A stretch of DNA of 64,000 nucleotides, from IMG/VR virus record IMGVR_UViG_3300046318_000318. One strand, given 5' to 3'. The notes beneath the pieces are model-generated. The model did no database searches, was not told where the DNA came from, and worked only from the letters and a program-made list of their open reading frames with translations. Shown piece after piece: positions 27,949 to 37,634 of this stretch (position 1 is the stretch's first letter; the number at the start of each line of letters is the position of its first letter). Source of the stretch: a virus (Duplodnaviria > Caudoviricetes). Position numbers and translations under genes: made by a program.

Positions 27949-28158
27949 TCACCACTTAGGGACTTTATCAGGACAAGTACTAGATTGAAAGTAAGACTTG
28001 GTTGCCAAAGGACAACTACACAAGCCACATACTTCAACCTCTCGTTTGATGTAAGGTATCGTTGTGATTTTGATATTCACACATGCCTTACATATAGCTA
28101 ACCTATTAGCTACAGTCTCAGCCGAAGCTGGTCTGGGATCTAAAATAGCATTTAACAT
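27949..28158 (-). CDS. Small Cys-rich metal-binding protein
   Basis: RLAICKAC...CGLCSC...CP..VPKW in 69 aa. Confidence 0.6.
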   Translation of the reverse strand: MLNAILDPRPASAETVANRLAICKACVNIKITTIPYIKREVEVCGLCSCPLATKSYFQSSTCPDKVPKW

Positions 28159-28838
28159 CTCATGTTTCCTTTATAGACCACATTCTTTTCATTTTCATAA
28201 GATGGCATGTTTATCATATTTACATACCTAAAGAAGTAATTTGACACAACATAATGTAACATTCTGTCTTTGGTATGTAAATTGTCATGACCTATTATCC
28301 ACTCATATGTAACAAACGGATAATAAGTCCAACCTGATTCTAAACTTATAAGAACCCTGAACACATAATCGAATACATTGTCAGGCCATCCTTTATAAAC
28401 CAATAACTCTTTTGTCATTCTCAGATAACAAATAGAGTCATCTTTTTTAAGTATCATGGTCTGATGAGGCTTGGTCTTTTTTGTTTTTTCATTCTCAAAA
28501 GACCAATGTTTGATTCGCTCATCTGTTAAAAGCTCTTTACCGTGACTGTATACTTTGTAGCTGTTGGTATAAACAGGTCTTATATATTCAGGTAGTATCA
28601 TGTCTAAATGTTCAGGAGCGAGTAAACTGATATCATCATCATCTACAAACGAAACATATTTACTATCTGTTTCGCTATAGCCTTTTTCCCGACCGTAAGC
28701 CACAGACTTATTCTTATTATCTATAACGCTAAAAGGGATCTGTAAAGAATCAAAATGTTCTTTATTCTTAGTGACTGTATTTAGCTCTCTGGTCACTAAG
28801 GTGAAAATTGAAAATTGCGTCATAATAAAAAACCCCAC
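28152..28838 (-). CDS. Glycosyltransferase, GT-A fold (family 2-like)
   Basis: GREKG...YVSFVDDDD (DxD motif); start may be 28823. Confidence 0.65.
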   Translation of the reverse strand: MGFFIMTQFSIFTLVTRELNTVTKNKEHFDSLQIPFSVIDNKNKSVAYGREKGYSETDSKYVSFVDDDDISLLAPEHLDMILPEYIRPVYTNSYKVYSHGKELLTDERIKHWSFENEKTKKTKPHQTMILKKDDSICYLRMTKELLVYKGWPDNVFDYVFRVLISLESGWTYYPFVTYEWIIGHDNLHTKDRMLHYVVSNYFFRYVNMINMPSYENEKNVVYKGNMRC

Positions 28839-28863
28839 CCCCCTGTTACAGAGGATGGGGTTT
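28827..28863 (-). terminator. Intrinsic terminator
   Basis: AAACCCCA...TGGGGTTT imperfect hairpin with T tract on the minus strand. Confidence 0.6.
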
Positions 28864-28870
28864 AAGTTAC

Positions 28871-29695
28871 TTAGTAACCACCGGCTTTGCCAAGGGTGAT
28901 ACCAGCTTCGAACATACCACGCAGGTTGGTGCAGCTCTGGTTCAGGAAAGCAGTTTTAAATGCTTGCAAGCTGGCGATCTGACCACCGTGGTTGTTGTGG
29001 TTGCTGTGCTCACGAGCATCCAAGGATGCGATAGCTGTAGCGTTGGCGTCAGCCGTAGCCTGAGCTGCGGCGGCTGCAGAAGCAGCAGCAGAAGCAGTAG
29101 CTTGAGCAACAGCAGCGGCAGTAGCAGCGGCAGTGATCTGAGCAGACAAGTCACCGATGGAAGTCTGCAGAGCAGCGATCTGAACAGCGGTCTGTGCGTC
29201 AGCAGCTTGCAGGTTGGTGATGGTGGTTTGCAGAGCAGTGATCTGAGCCTGCAGAGCAGCGCAGTCACAACCGTTGCCGGCGGGCAGGTTGTCAAGAGCG
29301 GTTTGCAGAGTCGTGACTTGCGTTTGCAGGCCGTCGATCAGGTCTTGCAGAGCTTGCTCAGCAGCTTGAGCACGGTTGACTTCAGCAGCCAGATCCACAG
29401 CCAGGCTGTTGACCATGGTTTGCAGAGTGGCAACGACGGTGTCGTTTTCCAGAGCGGTGATGCGATCGCCCAGACTAACCAGTTGGGTGATGATGTTCTG
29501 ACCAACTTGGAAGCCTTCGGTGTTAGGATCAGCATCCAGCAGAGCTTGGATCTGAGTAACAGCAGCTTGCAGAGCAGTGATGTTTACGTTAGGCAAGCCC
29601 AACAGCGCATCAATCTCAGACTTGATGGCGGCGCCAGTGGCGATACCGAATTGCGTGGCAATACAGCCAAACAGTTCTTCAACAGTTTGTTCCAT
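28871..29695 (-). CDS. Ala/Gln-rich long coiled-coil protein (putative fibre/whisker)
   Basis: Continuous heptads (LQAQITALQTTITNLQ); capsid-like GC-rich codon bias; AAGGA RBS. Confidence 0.6.
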   Translation of the reverse strand: MEQTVEELFGCIATQFGIATGAAIKSEIDALLGLPNVNITALQAAVTQIQALLDADPNTEGFQVGQNIITQLVSLGDRITALENDTVVATLQTMVNSLAVDLAAEVNRAQAAEQALQDLIDGLQTQVTTLQTALDNLPAGNGCDCAALQAQITALQTTITNLQAADAQTAVQIAALQTSIGDLSAQITAAATAAAVAQATASAAASAAAAAQATADANATAIASLDAREHSNHNNHGGQIASLQAFKTAFLNQSCTNLRGMFEAGITLGKAGGY

Positions 29696-29749
29696 TTGAA
29701 ATCCTTAATATTAAAGAGAGGTACCTTACCCCCATCTGATAATAGGTAT

Positions 29750-30004
29750 TTATTCAGAAGGTGGTGTAGGAGTGGGTTGTGGGTTACAAAGCGACGCAGG
29801 ATCGATCAACGGACCGTTTAAAGTGGTAATGACCTGCTTTAAATTATCTATAGAGGATTGATGATTAGCGATTTGGAGTTGCAACATTTCTCTTATCTGT
29901 TTACCAGTTTCTACGCCTATGGCAAAGAAAGCTCGTTCTAGACAAGAGCAGTTTTCAAGATCAACGACAGGCAGAGGTGGATTAGTGGTTGTTTCGCCGG
30001 ACAT
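29750..30004 (-). CDS. Hypothetical protein with coiled coil and Pro-rich tail
   Basis: 84-aa ORF in the minus-strand operon. Confidence 0.55.
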   Translation of the reverse strand: MSGETTTNPPLPVVDLENCSCLERAFFAIGVETGKQIREMLQLQIANHQSSIDNLKQVITTLNGPLIDPASLCNPQPTPTPPSE

Positions 30005-30007
30005 TTC

Positions 30008-30436
30008 TTAACTCACTGTTTCGTTTACTCTATTCAGAGTACCGTTTGTATTATAAAGGAAGTCTTTAACAATGGTGAAATATGTGCCAAATGTAGATAT
30101 CTTCTTAACGTTGTTGTTAGGAAAATATTCAAAGGTTTTATAAACACCGTTGCTATAGTCTATGCGTATAGCGTTCTTACTATTAGCACCAGATCCATAC
30201 GTGTAGATCGGATTGGGATTCCGCATCATCAAGTAAGGATGACTGTTGATAAGGTTCGTAACGGCTGTTAACACATCTGTGCTATTGTTGGTCTTGTAAT
30301 ATACAGTACCATTAGCATCTGTCATGTAAATAGTCAATTCACTATTTACATCGTTTTTAACAAAGTATACACTTGAAGGTTCTGGATTAACAGGAACTGT
30401 GTTAACTTTGTAGAACTTAAGTTCTTGTAAAGCCAT
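30008..30436 (-). CDS. Putative virion fibre/decoration protein
   Basis: Shared LKFxKV..P...YxV N-terminal motif; RHS-like C-terminal segment. Confidence 0.55.
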   Translation of the reverse strand: MALQELKFYKVNTVPVNPEPSSVYFVKNDVNSELTIYMTDANGTVYYKTNNSTDVLTAVTNLINSHPYLMMRNPNPIYTYGSGANSKNAIRIDYSNGVYKTFEYFPNNNVKKISTFGTYFTIVKDFLYNTNGTLNRVNETVS

Positions 30437-30495
30437 TTTTGTTATAACTCAGTTTAAAAGCATCAGAGAACCGAAGTTCTCTGATGCAATTATTT

Positions 30496-31080
30496 TTACC
30501 AAGCTTCTTCTTCGAGGAAGCCACGGATAGGCTCGCCACCAGACAACAGACGGTTAGAACCACCCGAAGCGATAGACAGACCATCCAACACAGGCTTGTT
30601 ACCGTGGTTGTGGTTACCGGTCACAGCTGCATCGATCTGAGCAGGAGTGGACGTAGGACGACCCACGATGTTAGACCATTGCAGAACCACATCCAGCGAT
30701 TCATATTCAGCAATCTTGATCCAGGCGGTGGTGGCGGTGTTGTACACATAAGTAGCAGCACCGTTAGCCACGCTAGTGTCAGCAGTGGCGTTCAGCACCA
30801 AAGCCAGAGACACAGTAGCTGGGTTCAGAGCATCACGAGCAGCGATGTCGGTCACCACAGACATGGTGCCCATACCAGCGATACTACCAGCCACGCTGGT
30901 GTTGATCATGGTCTGGATTTCAGACTTGTTCAACAGATGACGAACCGTCGTGCCATCAGCAGACGACAAATACATTTCAAACAGAGCGGCGTTGACACTG
31001 TCAGCCACCATGTACATCGTTGAGCCTTCATACGTGGCTGGCAACGAGGCTACTTTACGAAACTTCAAAACTTGATCCAT
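30496..31080 (-). CDS. Putative virion fibre/decoration protein
   Basis: Shared N-terminal motif; VVTDIAARDAL and AWIKIAEYESLD; GC-rich codon bias; AAGGA RBS. Confidence 0.6.
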   Translation of the reverse strand: MDQVLKFRKVASLPATYEGSTMYMVADSVNAALFEMYLSSADGTTVRHLLNKSEIQTMINTSVAGSIAGMGTMSVVTDIAARDALNPATVSLALVLNATADTSVANGAATYVYNTATTAWIKIAEYESLDVVLQWSNIVGRPTSTPAQIDAAVTGNHNHGNKPVLDGLSIASGGSNRLLSGGEPIRGFLEEEAW

Positions 31081-31116
31081 GATTGGTCCTTGTTAAAAGA
31101 GAGAGAAAACAGAAAA

Positions 31117-31365
31117 TCACCACGCTTCTTCATGCATGTGTGTAGCTACCGCCACACCATTCACCAAGAGCTTATTTTGCGGTGTTATAGACAAGTCATC
31201 TAATAAGGGCTTATTGGCGTGAGTATGATTAGTACCACTTCCGCCAGTTCCACCTGTGCCATTAGACCCAGATTCACCTTCTATGTTCTTGGCTGAGTCA
31301 TCAGTAGGCTTGATAACTCCAGAACGAAGTATGCGCCTTCTGCCAGAGTCGTATCGTATATACAT
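31117..31365 (-). CDS. Small Gly-rich protein sharing its C-terminus with the 30496-31080 product
   Basis: NHTHANKPLLDDLSI...EEAW versus NHNHGNKPVLDGLSI...EEAW. Confidence 0.6.
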   Translation of the reverse strand: MYIRYDSGRRRILRSGVIKPTDDSAKNIEGESGSNGTGGTGGSGTNHTHANKPLLDDLSITPQNKLLVNGVAVATHMHEEAW

Positions 31366-31376
31366 ACAAAACTCCT

Positions 31377-31778
31377 TTAAGCAGCAGGTCTGTCATCAAA
31401 GCCATCTAATCTGATAACATTATCAGCCACATCACACACAGCGAACAAAGCTTCATTTCTGGAGAGAAGAATAAAGCTTCTGTTATAAACGGCATCAGGG
31501 TCTAGAATGATACCGCTTTCATACAAATCTTCTAAAGTAGGCTGGGTCTTATCACTGACCCAGATTTTTACTTTAGACTGATTGGTATTGGCATTGGTGA
31601 TGTTGATGGTTACATACACACTTAAAGACAACGCGTGTGTTCTGTAAATTTCTTCGATCTGATTAACAGGTAAGACAGCCTTAGCTAAAAGACCTGTCTT
31701 GTTCTTATAGTCTTCAGAATCTATCTTGGTTACTCTAGAAGTAAACGGATCTTGATATCTAGAATTCAAACTACTCAT
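31377..31778 (-). CDS. Putative virion structural protein (beta-sandwich)
   Basis: 133 aa; alternating beta pattern; first gene of the fibre operon. Confidence 0.5.
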   Translation of the reverse strand: MSSLNSRYQDPFTSRVTKIDSEDYKNKTGLLAKAVLPVNQIEEIYRTHALSLSVYVTINITNANTNQSKVKIWVSDKTQPTLEDLYESGIILDPDAVYNRSFILLSRNEALFAVCDVADNVIRLDGFDDRPAA

Positions 31779-31834
31779 AGGGATCCTTTTGTTTTAAACG
31801 TCAGGTTTTCTTAAATTTGTCATAAGATTGATTA

Positions 31835-32437
31835 TTAAGACATGAACTTATGCGAACCAAACAGCACCGCAGTATCATGATCAAAGTGTATTCTTGATCT
31901 GATATCGTCTAGTATATCCATGCTTAACCAAGAATGAGTAGATGGATCATAGTTTTGACTGTCAGATACCTGACTTATATCCACAGGTAAAGTCAAAGCT
32001 AGAGTAAGATCTATACTCTCATTGGTGGGTTTCTTCTTATCAACATACAGCGCATAGTTGAGGCTTTCCAACTTATCTGTAATTACCTTCTCTATTGCAG
32101 AGTGAGGTATGCCATAACGGTCATTTAAGTCTTTAGTGACGTTGTGAGTTATCAGGAACGTAAGATCGTCGTTGCTTACTAAGTTATGCTGGATATCCTT
32201 AGCAAAGCAGATGGTGACCATAGGTTCTGGTTTGTCTTTAAAGACCGCCAACACCCTCTGACTTACTTTATCGAAAAGAGTCGTAACTATAGATAGTTTA
32301 AAATGTTTATTTCTAACCATTTTATTCTTGTGTACAAGTTTAAACTCTAGATACTTCAGTGAGTCAGGCATTAAAAAATGCAGATCATTGTTTTTGACTT
32401 TCTGAAGTCTTTTGTCAGAGGTGGTGAGTGTTGGCAT
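31835..32437 (-). CDS. Hypothetical protein
   Basis: 200-aa ORF; no motif recognised. Confidence 0.55.
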   Translation of the reverse strand: MPTLTTSDKRLQKVKNNDLHFLMPDSLKYLEFKLVHKNKMVRNKHFKLSIVTTLFDKVSQRVLAVFKDKPEPMVTICFAKDIQHNLVSNDDLTFLITHNVTKDLNDRYGIPHSAIEKVITDKLESLNYALYVDKKKPTNESIDLTLALTLPVDISQVSDSQNYDPSTHSWLSMDILDDIRSRIHFDHDTAVLFGSHKFMS

Positions 32438-32445
32438 GGTGCTTA

Positions 32446-33822
32446 TTAACGAGATTCTGTTTGACTTTGCTTAACAGCGGTTTTATGAACGTCGATAATT
32501 TCTTTTAGTAAATCTCTAACGTCTGCAAGAGTTCGATTGCAATATGTAACATACAACGTAAAAACTTTACTATGATCAGCTGAAAAACTCGCTACAGCAG
32601 TCATCACTTTTGTGACAATGTGTTTCACACTATCGCTTGCCTCTTTAAATGCTTCCATATTTGACAGAGCTTCCAAACTTTTCTCAACTGCTGCGTATTT
32701 TATCTGCGAGGCAGTTATTTGCTGTGCTAAGCCTAAGTTAAAGATTCCTAAATCATGAATAGCCGTTTCCAAACGGTTGTAAACACTCTCGGCTTCATGC
32801 AGTGTCATTGCGTGACTTACAGTATCGCTATATGAAACCTTAGCTTTATCATCGGTAACTTTAAAATTAAGTCCGGTGTATAAATAACATTCATCTATGG
32901 CGGGAACTTTTCTTTTTACATAAGCTATAATTTCATTTCTTGAAAACATATTAAGAGCTTTAATAGTTTCAGGAATGAAGATGAAACTTTGACCGATATG
33001 CTCTTCTACTTTTTTATGAAAGTCTGTCTGCGATTTAAAACCATCTAACGTGCGAGCAAAGCTACTATGTCCGTCTACACTACTGAAATATTCCTGTAAT
33101 GTGGCGAATTGTACAAGCATTTCACCTTCAGGAGTTGGTATATTATCTTTTAATTTTGAGATAAAAGTTTCAAAATCCCTAGACAACTCTTTTATAAGAT
33201 TATGACCAGAATAAACATCTTCAATAATCTTAAGTAAATCAGAAATATTTATTTGTTTATTTAAGATATCAAAATGCCTGAGTTTAGAATTTTCATCGGC
33301 ATTTTTAATCTGTAAAGCACTATTGATTCTTGATATGATATCAGGATCGTAATGATTACCTGCTTGCTGCATCAAAGTTTTTAAAGCTTCGGCGTCTCGT
33401 TTTGTGACCTCTTCATTTTTCTTGATGTCGTCTTTTTTCTTAGAGAACAAACCTTTAATCCAACCCCAGATCTTGGCAAAAAAGTTTTTGATGGCTTTCC
33501 AAACTCTGGTAAAGAACCCATCTTCATTCTTCTCGTCTTTGTCTTCATCATCACTTTCAAGACTGACAGACGTAGCAGGTATATTCAATCTGGCTCTTAT
33601 AGACTCTATAGCGATATCTGCGATCTGTTGAGCTTGATCAGAAGGATTATCACCAAGGGCGTTTTGGATATCGTAATAGGTATCAGCCCCTTCAGACATA
33701 TCTTCCATTTCCATATAGTCGTCAAAGATAGCATCTAAACTATCATCGGTGTCTATAACGGGTCTGGAATCGGCTTCTGTCAATTCTACTTCTTCTAAAG
33801 CAACGGTATCAAAGAGTTTCAT
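32446..33822 (-). CDS. Internal head protein paralog (phiKZ gp93-97 / phiKZ_IP-like)
   Basis: Acidic propeptide with ALE/SLE protease sites followed by amphipathic GFFTRVWKAIKNFFAKIWGWIKGLF. Confidence 0.7.
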   Translation of the reverse strand: MKLFDTVALEEVELTEADSRPVIDTDDSLDAIFDDYMEMEDMSEGADTYYDIQNALGDNPSDQAQQIADIAIESIRARLNIPATSVSLESDDEDKDEKNEDGFFTRVWKAIKNFFAKIWGWIKGLFSKKKDDIKKNEEVTKRDAEALKTLMQQAGNHYDPDIISRINSALQIKNADENSKLRHFDILNKQINISDLLKIIEDVYSGHNLIKELSRDFETFISKLKDNIPTPEGEMLVQFATLQEYFSSVDGHSSFARTLDGFKSQTDFHKKVEEHIGQSFIFIPETIKALNMFSRNEIIAYVKRKVPAIDECYLYTGLNFKVTDDKAKVSYSDTVSHAMTLHEAESVYNRLETAIHDLGIFNLGLAQQITASQIKYAAVEKSLEALSNMEAFKEASDSVKHIVTKVMTAVASFSADHSKVFTLYVTYCNRTLADVRDLLKEIIDVHKTAVKQSQTESR

Positions 33823-34133
33823 TTTTTCACCTTAATTTTTACGAACAGCAAATCAAAAGCTGTCTTGTCGATACAAATTATTTCACCTGTCTCTACACAA
33901 CGAAGTTCATAGATAGATTTTCCTGAACCATTTCGCTTCATACTCACCAGCTCAAAATAGATATCCATAGCTTTGGTATCTACTTCATACTTAGCGCTAT
34001 ACGAAGAAACAGGCAGAGCTTTGGCAGAAGCCAGTGTTTCACCAGATATCTTGTCTGAATTGAAACTGACAGATATACCCATATCCACAGGTTTACCTGT
34101 CAAGTGACTTTGAAGTCTTTTTATAAAATTCAT
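33819..34133 (-). CDS. Conserved hypothetical protein
   Basis: 104-aa ORF overlapping the next gene (ATGA). Confidence 0.55.
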   Translation of the reverse strand: MNFIKRLQSHLTGKPVDMGISVSFNSDKISGETLASAKALPVSSYSAKYEVDTKAMDIYFELVSMKRNGSGKSIYELRCVETGEIICIDKTAFDLLFVKIKVKK

Positions 34134-34135
34134 GA

Positions 34136-35545
34136 TCAGAACTTACCTAAGGTTTCGCCAAAGACTTTTTTAGGTTTCTTTGGGTTGGGTTTCACAGCCA
34201 GAGTCAATGAAGCTGATGTGGCATGTTTGTATGAGGTTGATATGTTACCAGATAGACTTATCATCACATGCACATGTAATACCACACCTTCTAACTGAAC
34301 CAGATCGTCGCCCTCATAGTAAACATATTTACATGGCATGCCAGGATAAATCAATTCATGTTTACAGTTTTCCCACACTAGATCTAACCTAGCTGTGCTT
34401 TTATAAGCTAGCTTGGTGTATTCTAAGTATGGATTCTGAGAGATTCTTCCAGAAGTCACAGGACCATAGTTCAGATCATCATCTCTTTCTTTTATAGCTG
34501 ACTCGTGGTTAAGAGAAGCCCTCTTACCTATAGGACCCTCTTCCTGCATTTCTACAGGCTTAGTCATAAAGGCTCTGGCGTCAGCCATCCTAAATCCCAC
34601 CCCTTGGTTCATATAGTTGACTTCAGCATCATCAGAGTATTGCTTACTAGATGTAGCTATGATCTTCAACCCATCGCCTTCTTTCTTGAAGGTTCTGTTT
34701 ATACCAGGTAGTTTAAAGTTAGGTACAGAGAAGATAGTCAGATTAGGTTTACCTGATTTAAATCTACCTGTGTCGTACAGAGGATAGACAAACCAAAGTC
34801 TTTTATCATCCCACACTTGAAAATACGTACCTAAACCTTCAGGATAAACACCACCCATTTTCTCTTGTAGAAACGTAGGTAATGCTGTTATGCCAGTAAA
34901 GCTAGGTATGGTGACGTGATCACGTTTGGCTGAGTTATTGCTCTTGATGATATCTAAGCCATCCAAAGCAGGTTTACCATCTATAGTGATCTTTTTACTT
35001 TCACTTACAAGTACGGCTTCAAGCACATCGGCTGTGCTTGTTTTTTTGAACACGCCGGATGTGGTCTTGATACGGAGTACTTCTAGAGATCTGTTATAGA
35101 TCTCTAGCTTAACAGTAGTGAAATCACTGCGGTTAAGAGTATCTATAGACATTCCGTCGTACTGGGAACCTGATACCTTCATATTAGCATCAGTTAGGAA
35201 TATAGCTTTATATTTCTCTATTCTAATCTTTTCATCAGGTCTAACAGAAGCTGACTCATCTTCAAGCTGTATTCTCTTTACAGTAACTTCAAGGTTATTC
35301 CTAAAAGGGAATACTCTTTTAACGTAGTCACCAAGAGGCACTTGCATCTGGATGATAGTCCTGTCAGCTATGTTGTTGACATAGTCTCTCTCTATATCCA
35401 GAGACACAAGTTTATGTACATTGATGTCATCTACTTCTGTACTGATGATAACTCTGTATTCAAAAGATGTCTTACCTGTGCCATTACCCAATATAGCAGA
35501 CACATCTTTCCATATGGGTGTTTGTTCTATGCTTTCATAAGGCAT
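34136..35545 (-). CDS. Virion structural protein, baseplate-hub-like (phiKZ gp101-like)
   Basis: 469 aa; LPTFLQEKMGGVYPEGLG, WFVYPLY, LIYPGMPC motifs and synteny. Confidence 0.7.
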   Translation of the reverse strand: MPYESIEQTPIWKDVSAILGNGTGKTSFEYRVIISTEVDDINVHKLVSLDIERDYVNNIADRTIIQMQVPLGDYVKRVFPFRNNLEVTVKRIQLEDESASVRPDEKIRIEKYKAIFLTDANMKVSGSQYDGMSIDTLNRSDFTTVKLEIYNRSLEVLRIKTTSGVFKKTSTADVLEAVLVSESKKITIDGKPALDGLDIIKSNNSAKRDHVTIPSFTGITALPTFLQEKMGGVYPEGLGTYFQVWDDKRLWFVYPLYDTGRFKSGKPNLTIFSVPNFKLPGINRTFKKEGDGLKIIATSSKQYSDDAEVNYMNQGVGFRMADARAFMTKPVEMQEEGPIGKRASLNHESAIKERDDDLNYGPVTSGRISQNPYLEYTKLAYKSTARLDLVWENCKHELIYPGMPCKYVYYEGDDLVQLEGVVLHVHVMISLSGNISTSYKHATSASLTLAVKPNPKKPKKVFGETLGKF

Positions 35546-36159
35546 CAGTATCTCCTATACCCTATCATGCGATCTTTAAAGAACTCACCCAGACTTTCTC
35601 TTTCCGGTACTTTTTCTTGTTCATTAATATTGCTGATATGAGTTACACCATTTTCATCTACTTTGACATTATCAGTACCTAGGTACTTATTCAGACTATC
35701 CTGTCTAAAGAAGTTCTGTCTGGTAACAGCTGACAAACCAGCCATATGTCTGGCTATCAAAGAGTTAGCCTGGTCTCTTGAAAATTGATGCACAGCATGC
35801 TCATAGACAGCTGTGGCAAAGGTATCCATGTCAACAAGATCATCTATAGGAGCGTTACCTATATTGATACCATACTCCAACTGTTCTTTCCAAGCAGATA
35901 GATGCTTGCTGATAAAGTCATAGATGATAGGTAGATCAGAGTAATTAACTATCTTAACCAAAGTACCTTCTCGATGGTAATCCACCATCTTAGAGATAGA
36001 TAGGTAAGTAGTCAACCACTCTTTCTTGATGTTTTCATCATCTCTTTTATTACCAGAGACTCTGACACCAGTTCTCCTCAGTTGTTCCACAGACATGGAT
36101 TCCAACAAAGGCACCCTGGCCAAAAATAAATATTCCCAGATGTTCTTTGTGGTATCCAT
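35545..36159 (-). CDS. Conserved jumbo-phage protein (phiKZ gp100-like)
   Basis: 204 aa; synteny between gp99- and gp101-like genes. Confidence 0.6.
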   Translation of the reverse strand: MDTTKNIWEYLFLARVPLLESMSVEQLRRTGVRVSGNKRDDENIKKEWLTTYLSISKMVDYHREGTLVKIVNYSDLPIIYDFISKHLSAWKEQLEYGINIGNAPIDDLVDMDTFATAVYEHAVHQFSRDQANSLIARHMAGLSAVTRQNFFRQDSLNKYLGTDNVKVDENGVTHISNINEQEKVPERESLGEFFKDRMIGYRRY

Positions 36160-36167
36160 GATTGATC

Positions 36168-37541
36168 TTAGCTGTAAAGTGAAATGGAAGCTTCTTTCAG
36201 AAGTGTTAACAGGATAGGTCCGTAATAGAACTGCTCCAAACGAGACCAGCTTCTGTACTTGTCTATCAGTTTCTGTAACATATCCATATCCAAAGCGTTT
36301 CCCTGTAGATAATCTTTAGTGAGTATCTCAAGTACAGACTTTGAAGCTGTGTTGTTATAGAACGCAGCAGACAGCACATAGTAGTCATCTATCAATACAG
36401 GATGGATGACAGGTATAGAAGCTGTAGCTGTTACGTAGCTATCTGTGATCAGACTAGCTAAAGATCCCTGACGACTCTTGGTTTCTTTGATCAGAAGAGT
36501 TGCATCTACAGTCTTAGGTAAGACATCGTAGGTTCCAAAAGTAGTTTCATCTGGTTGAACAGGGTAAACTAACTGCTGAATGCTGCTCAAAGCAAAACCG
36601 TGTAGATAACTGTTTCTGGTCAGTATTTTCTTACTTATCAGACCCATACGGGCATTACCATAAGAGAGTAGGTCAAAGTCTCTCTCAACCATGGCTTTCC
36701 AGAACTGATTTTGAGACATGTAGTATTCACGCTCATTAGGTAATTCTCTCAGTTCTTTAAGCTCAGGTGCGTCTTGACTGTCTACTATCTGTGTCAGATA
36801 GCCTACTATAAAAGTATCGTAGATAGATACCTCTTGACCAGGTAATACCAGAGTACCATGTTTAATGCTAAAGAACTGTTTGAAGTAGTCTCTTACAATA
36901 GTTACGTAAGCATCAGATACATTCAGCAGTTTTTGATTTTCTTCAGCTTTCAATAGAGGCTGGAGTCCATCTATCAGTCTGTCTTTTCTGAAAAAGAATT
37001 CTCTGGTAACTTTATTACCAAGAGAAGTAACCAGATCAGCTATGGTAGTAGAGTCTGTATATCCTACCATCACGTAATCCATGTAAAACACAGAGTCTCT
37101 GTTAAAAGACTTTCTCTCTGTGTTAGTTACACGGAACAGACCCATCTTCTTATCGCCAGCGTCTGATGTGAAGTAGTCATTCACATTAGGTAGCACAGAT
37201 CCATACACGTTACCGCTGCCAGTCACTGACATAAAACCAGTGGTGGTATCGTTAGATTCTGTCAGAGGTGTAGTTACCCTGATTTCAAAATTATGGATCT
37301 TGGTGTATTGTTGGTAGATATCTGGTTCAGCAGCATCTACCTCTCTAAGGTCATTGTGCTCAGCTACCACTTGACTGAAGTAATCCACAGTCCATGGGGC
37401 ACCTTCTACATAAGCTATCAGTGATTTAACAGCCGTTACTTTATCATCTGTGACAAGACCTTGATAGCTTGTAGGTTCTATCTTAGGTATATTAATCTTG
37501 ACACTGGGGGATGATGCAGGGTTGTGTTTAGCGATACCCAT
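36168..37541 (-). CDS. Virion structural protein, neck/head-closure-like (phiKZ gp99-like)
   Basis: 457 aa; YVEGAPWTVDYFSQ and PNVNDYF motifs; synteny. Confidence 0.65.
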   Translation of the reverse strand: MGIAKHNPASSPSVKINIPKIEPTSYQGLVTDDKVTAVKSLIAYVEGAPWTVDYFSQVVAEHNDLREVDAAEPDIYQQYTKIHNFEIRVTTPLTESNDTTTGFMSVTGSGNVYGSVLPNVNDYFTSDAGDKKMGLFRVTNTERKSFNRDSVFYMDYVMVGYTDSTTIADLVTSLGNKVTREFFFRKDRLIDGLQPLLKAEENQKLLNVSDAYVTIVRDYFKQFFSIKHGTLVLPGQEVSIYDTFIVGYLTQIVDSQDAPELKELRELPNEREYYMSQNQFWKAMVERDFDLLSYGNARMGLISKKILTRNSYLHGFALSSIQQLVYPVQPDETTFGTYDVLPKTVDATLLIKETKSRQGSLASLITDSYVTATASIPVIHPVLIDDYYVLSAAFYNNTASKSVLEILTKDYLQGNALDMDMLQKLIDKYRSWSRLEQFYYGPILLTLLKEASISLYS

Positions 37542-37590
37542 ATCTCGTCCTTTAAAAATACGTCATAACATTGCTGGACTCAATAAAGAA

Positions 37591-37634
37591 ATTAAAGACA
37601 CACCCGGCCTCTATGGCTCGGGTGTGTCTTTAAT
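37591..37634. terminator. Hairpin terminator, repeated family variant
   Basis: ACACCCGGCCTCTATGGCTCGGGTGT core, one base different from the 52833-52872 copy. Confidence 0.75.

Noticed and set aside
28942-29821. Overlapping 285-aa, 117-aa and 65-aa ORFs over the coiled-coil gene
   Set aside because: Ser- or Leu-rich translations are alternate-frame artefacts of the Ala/Gln-rich GC-biased gene.
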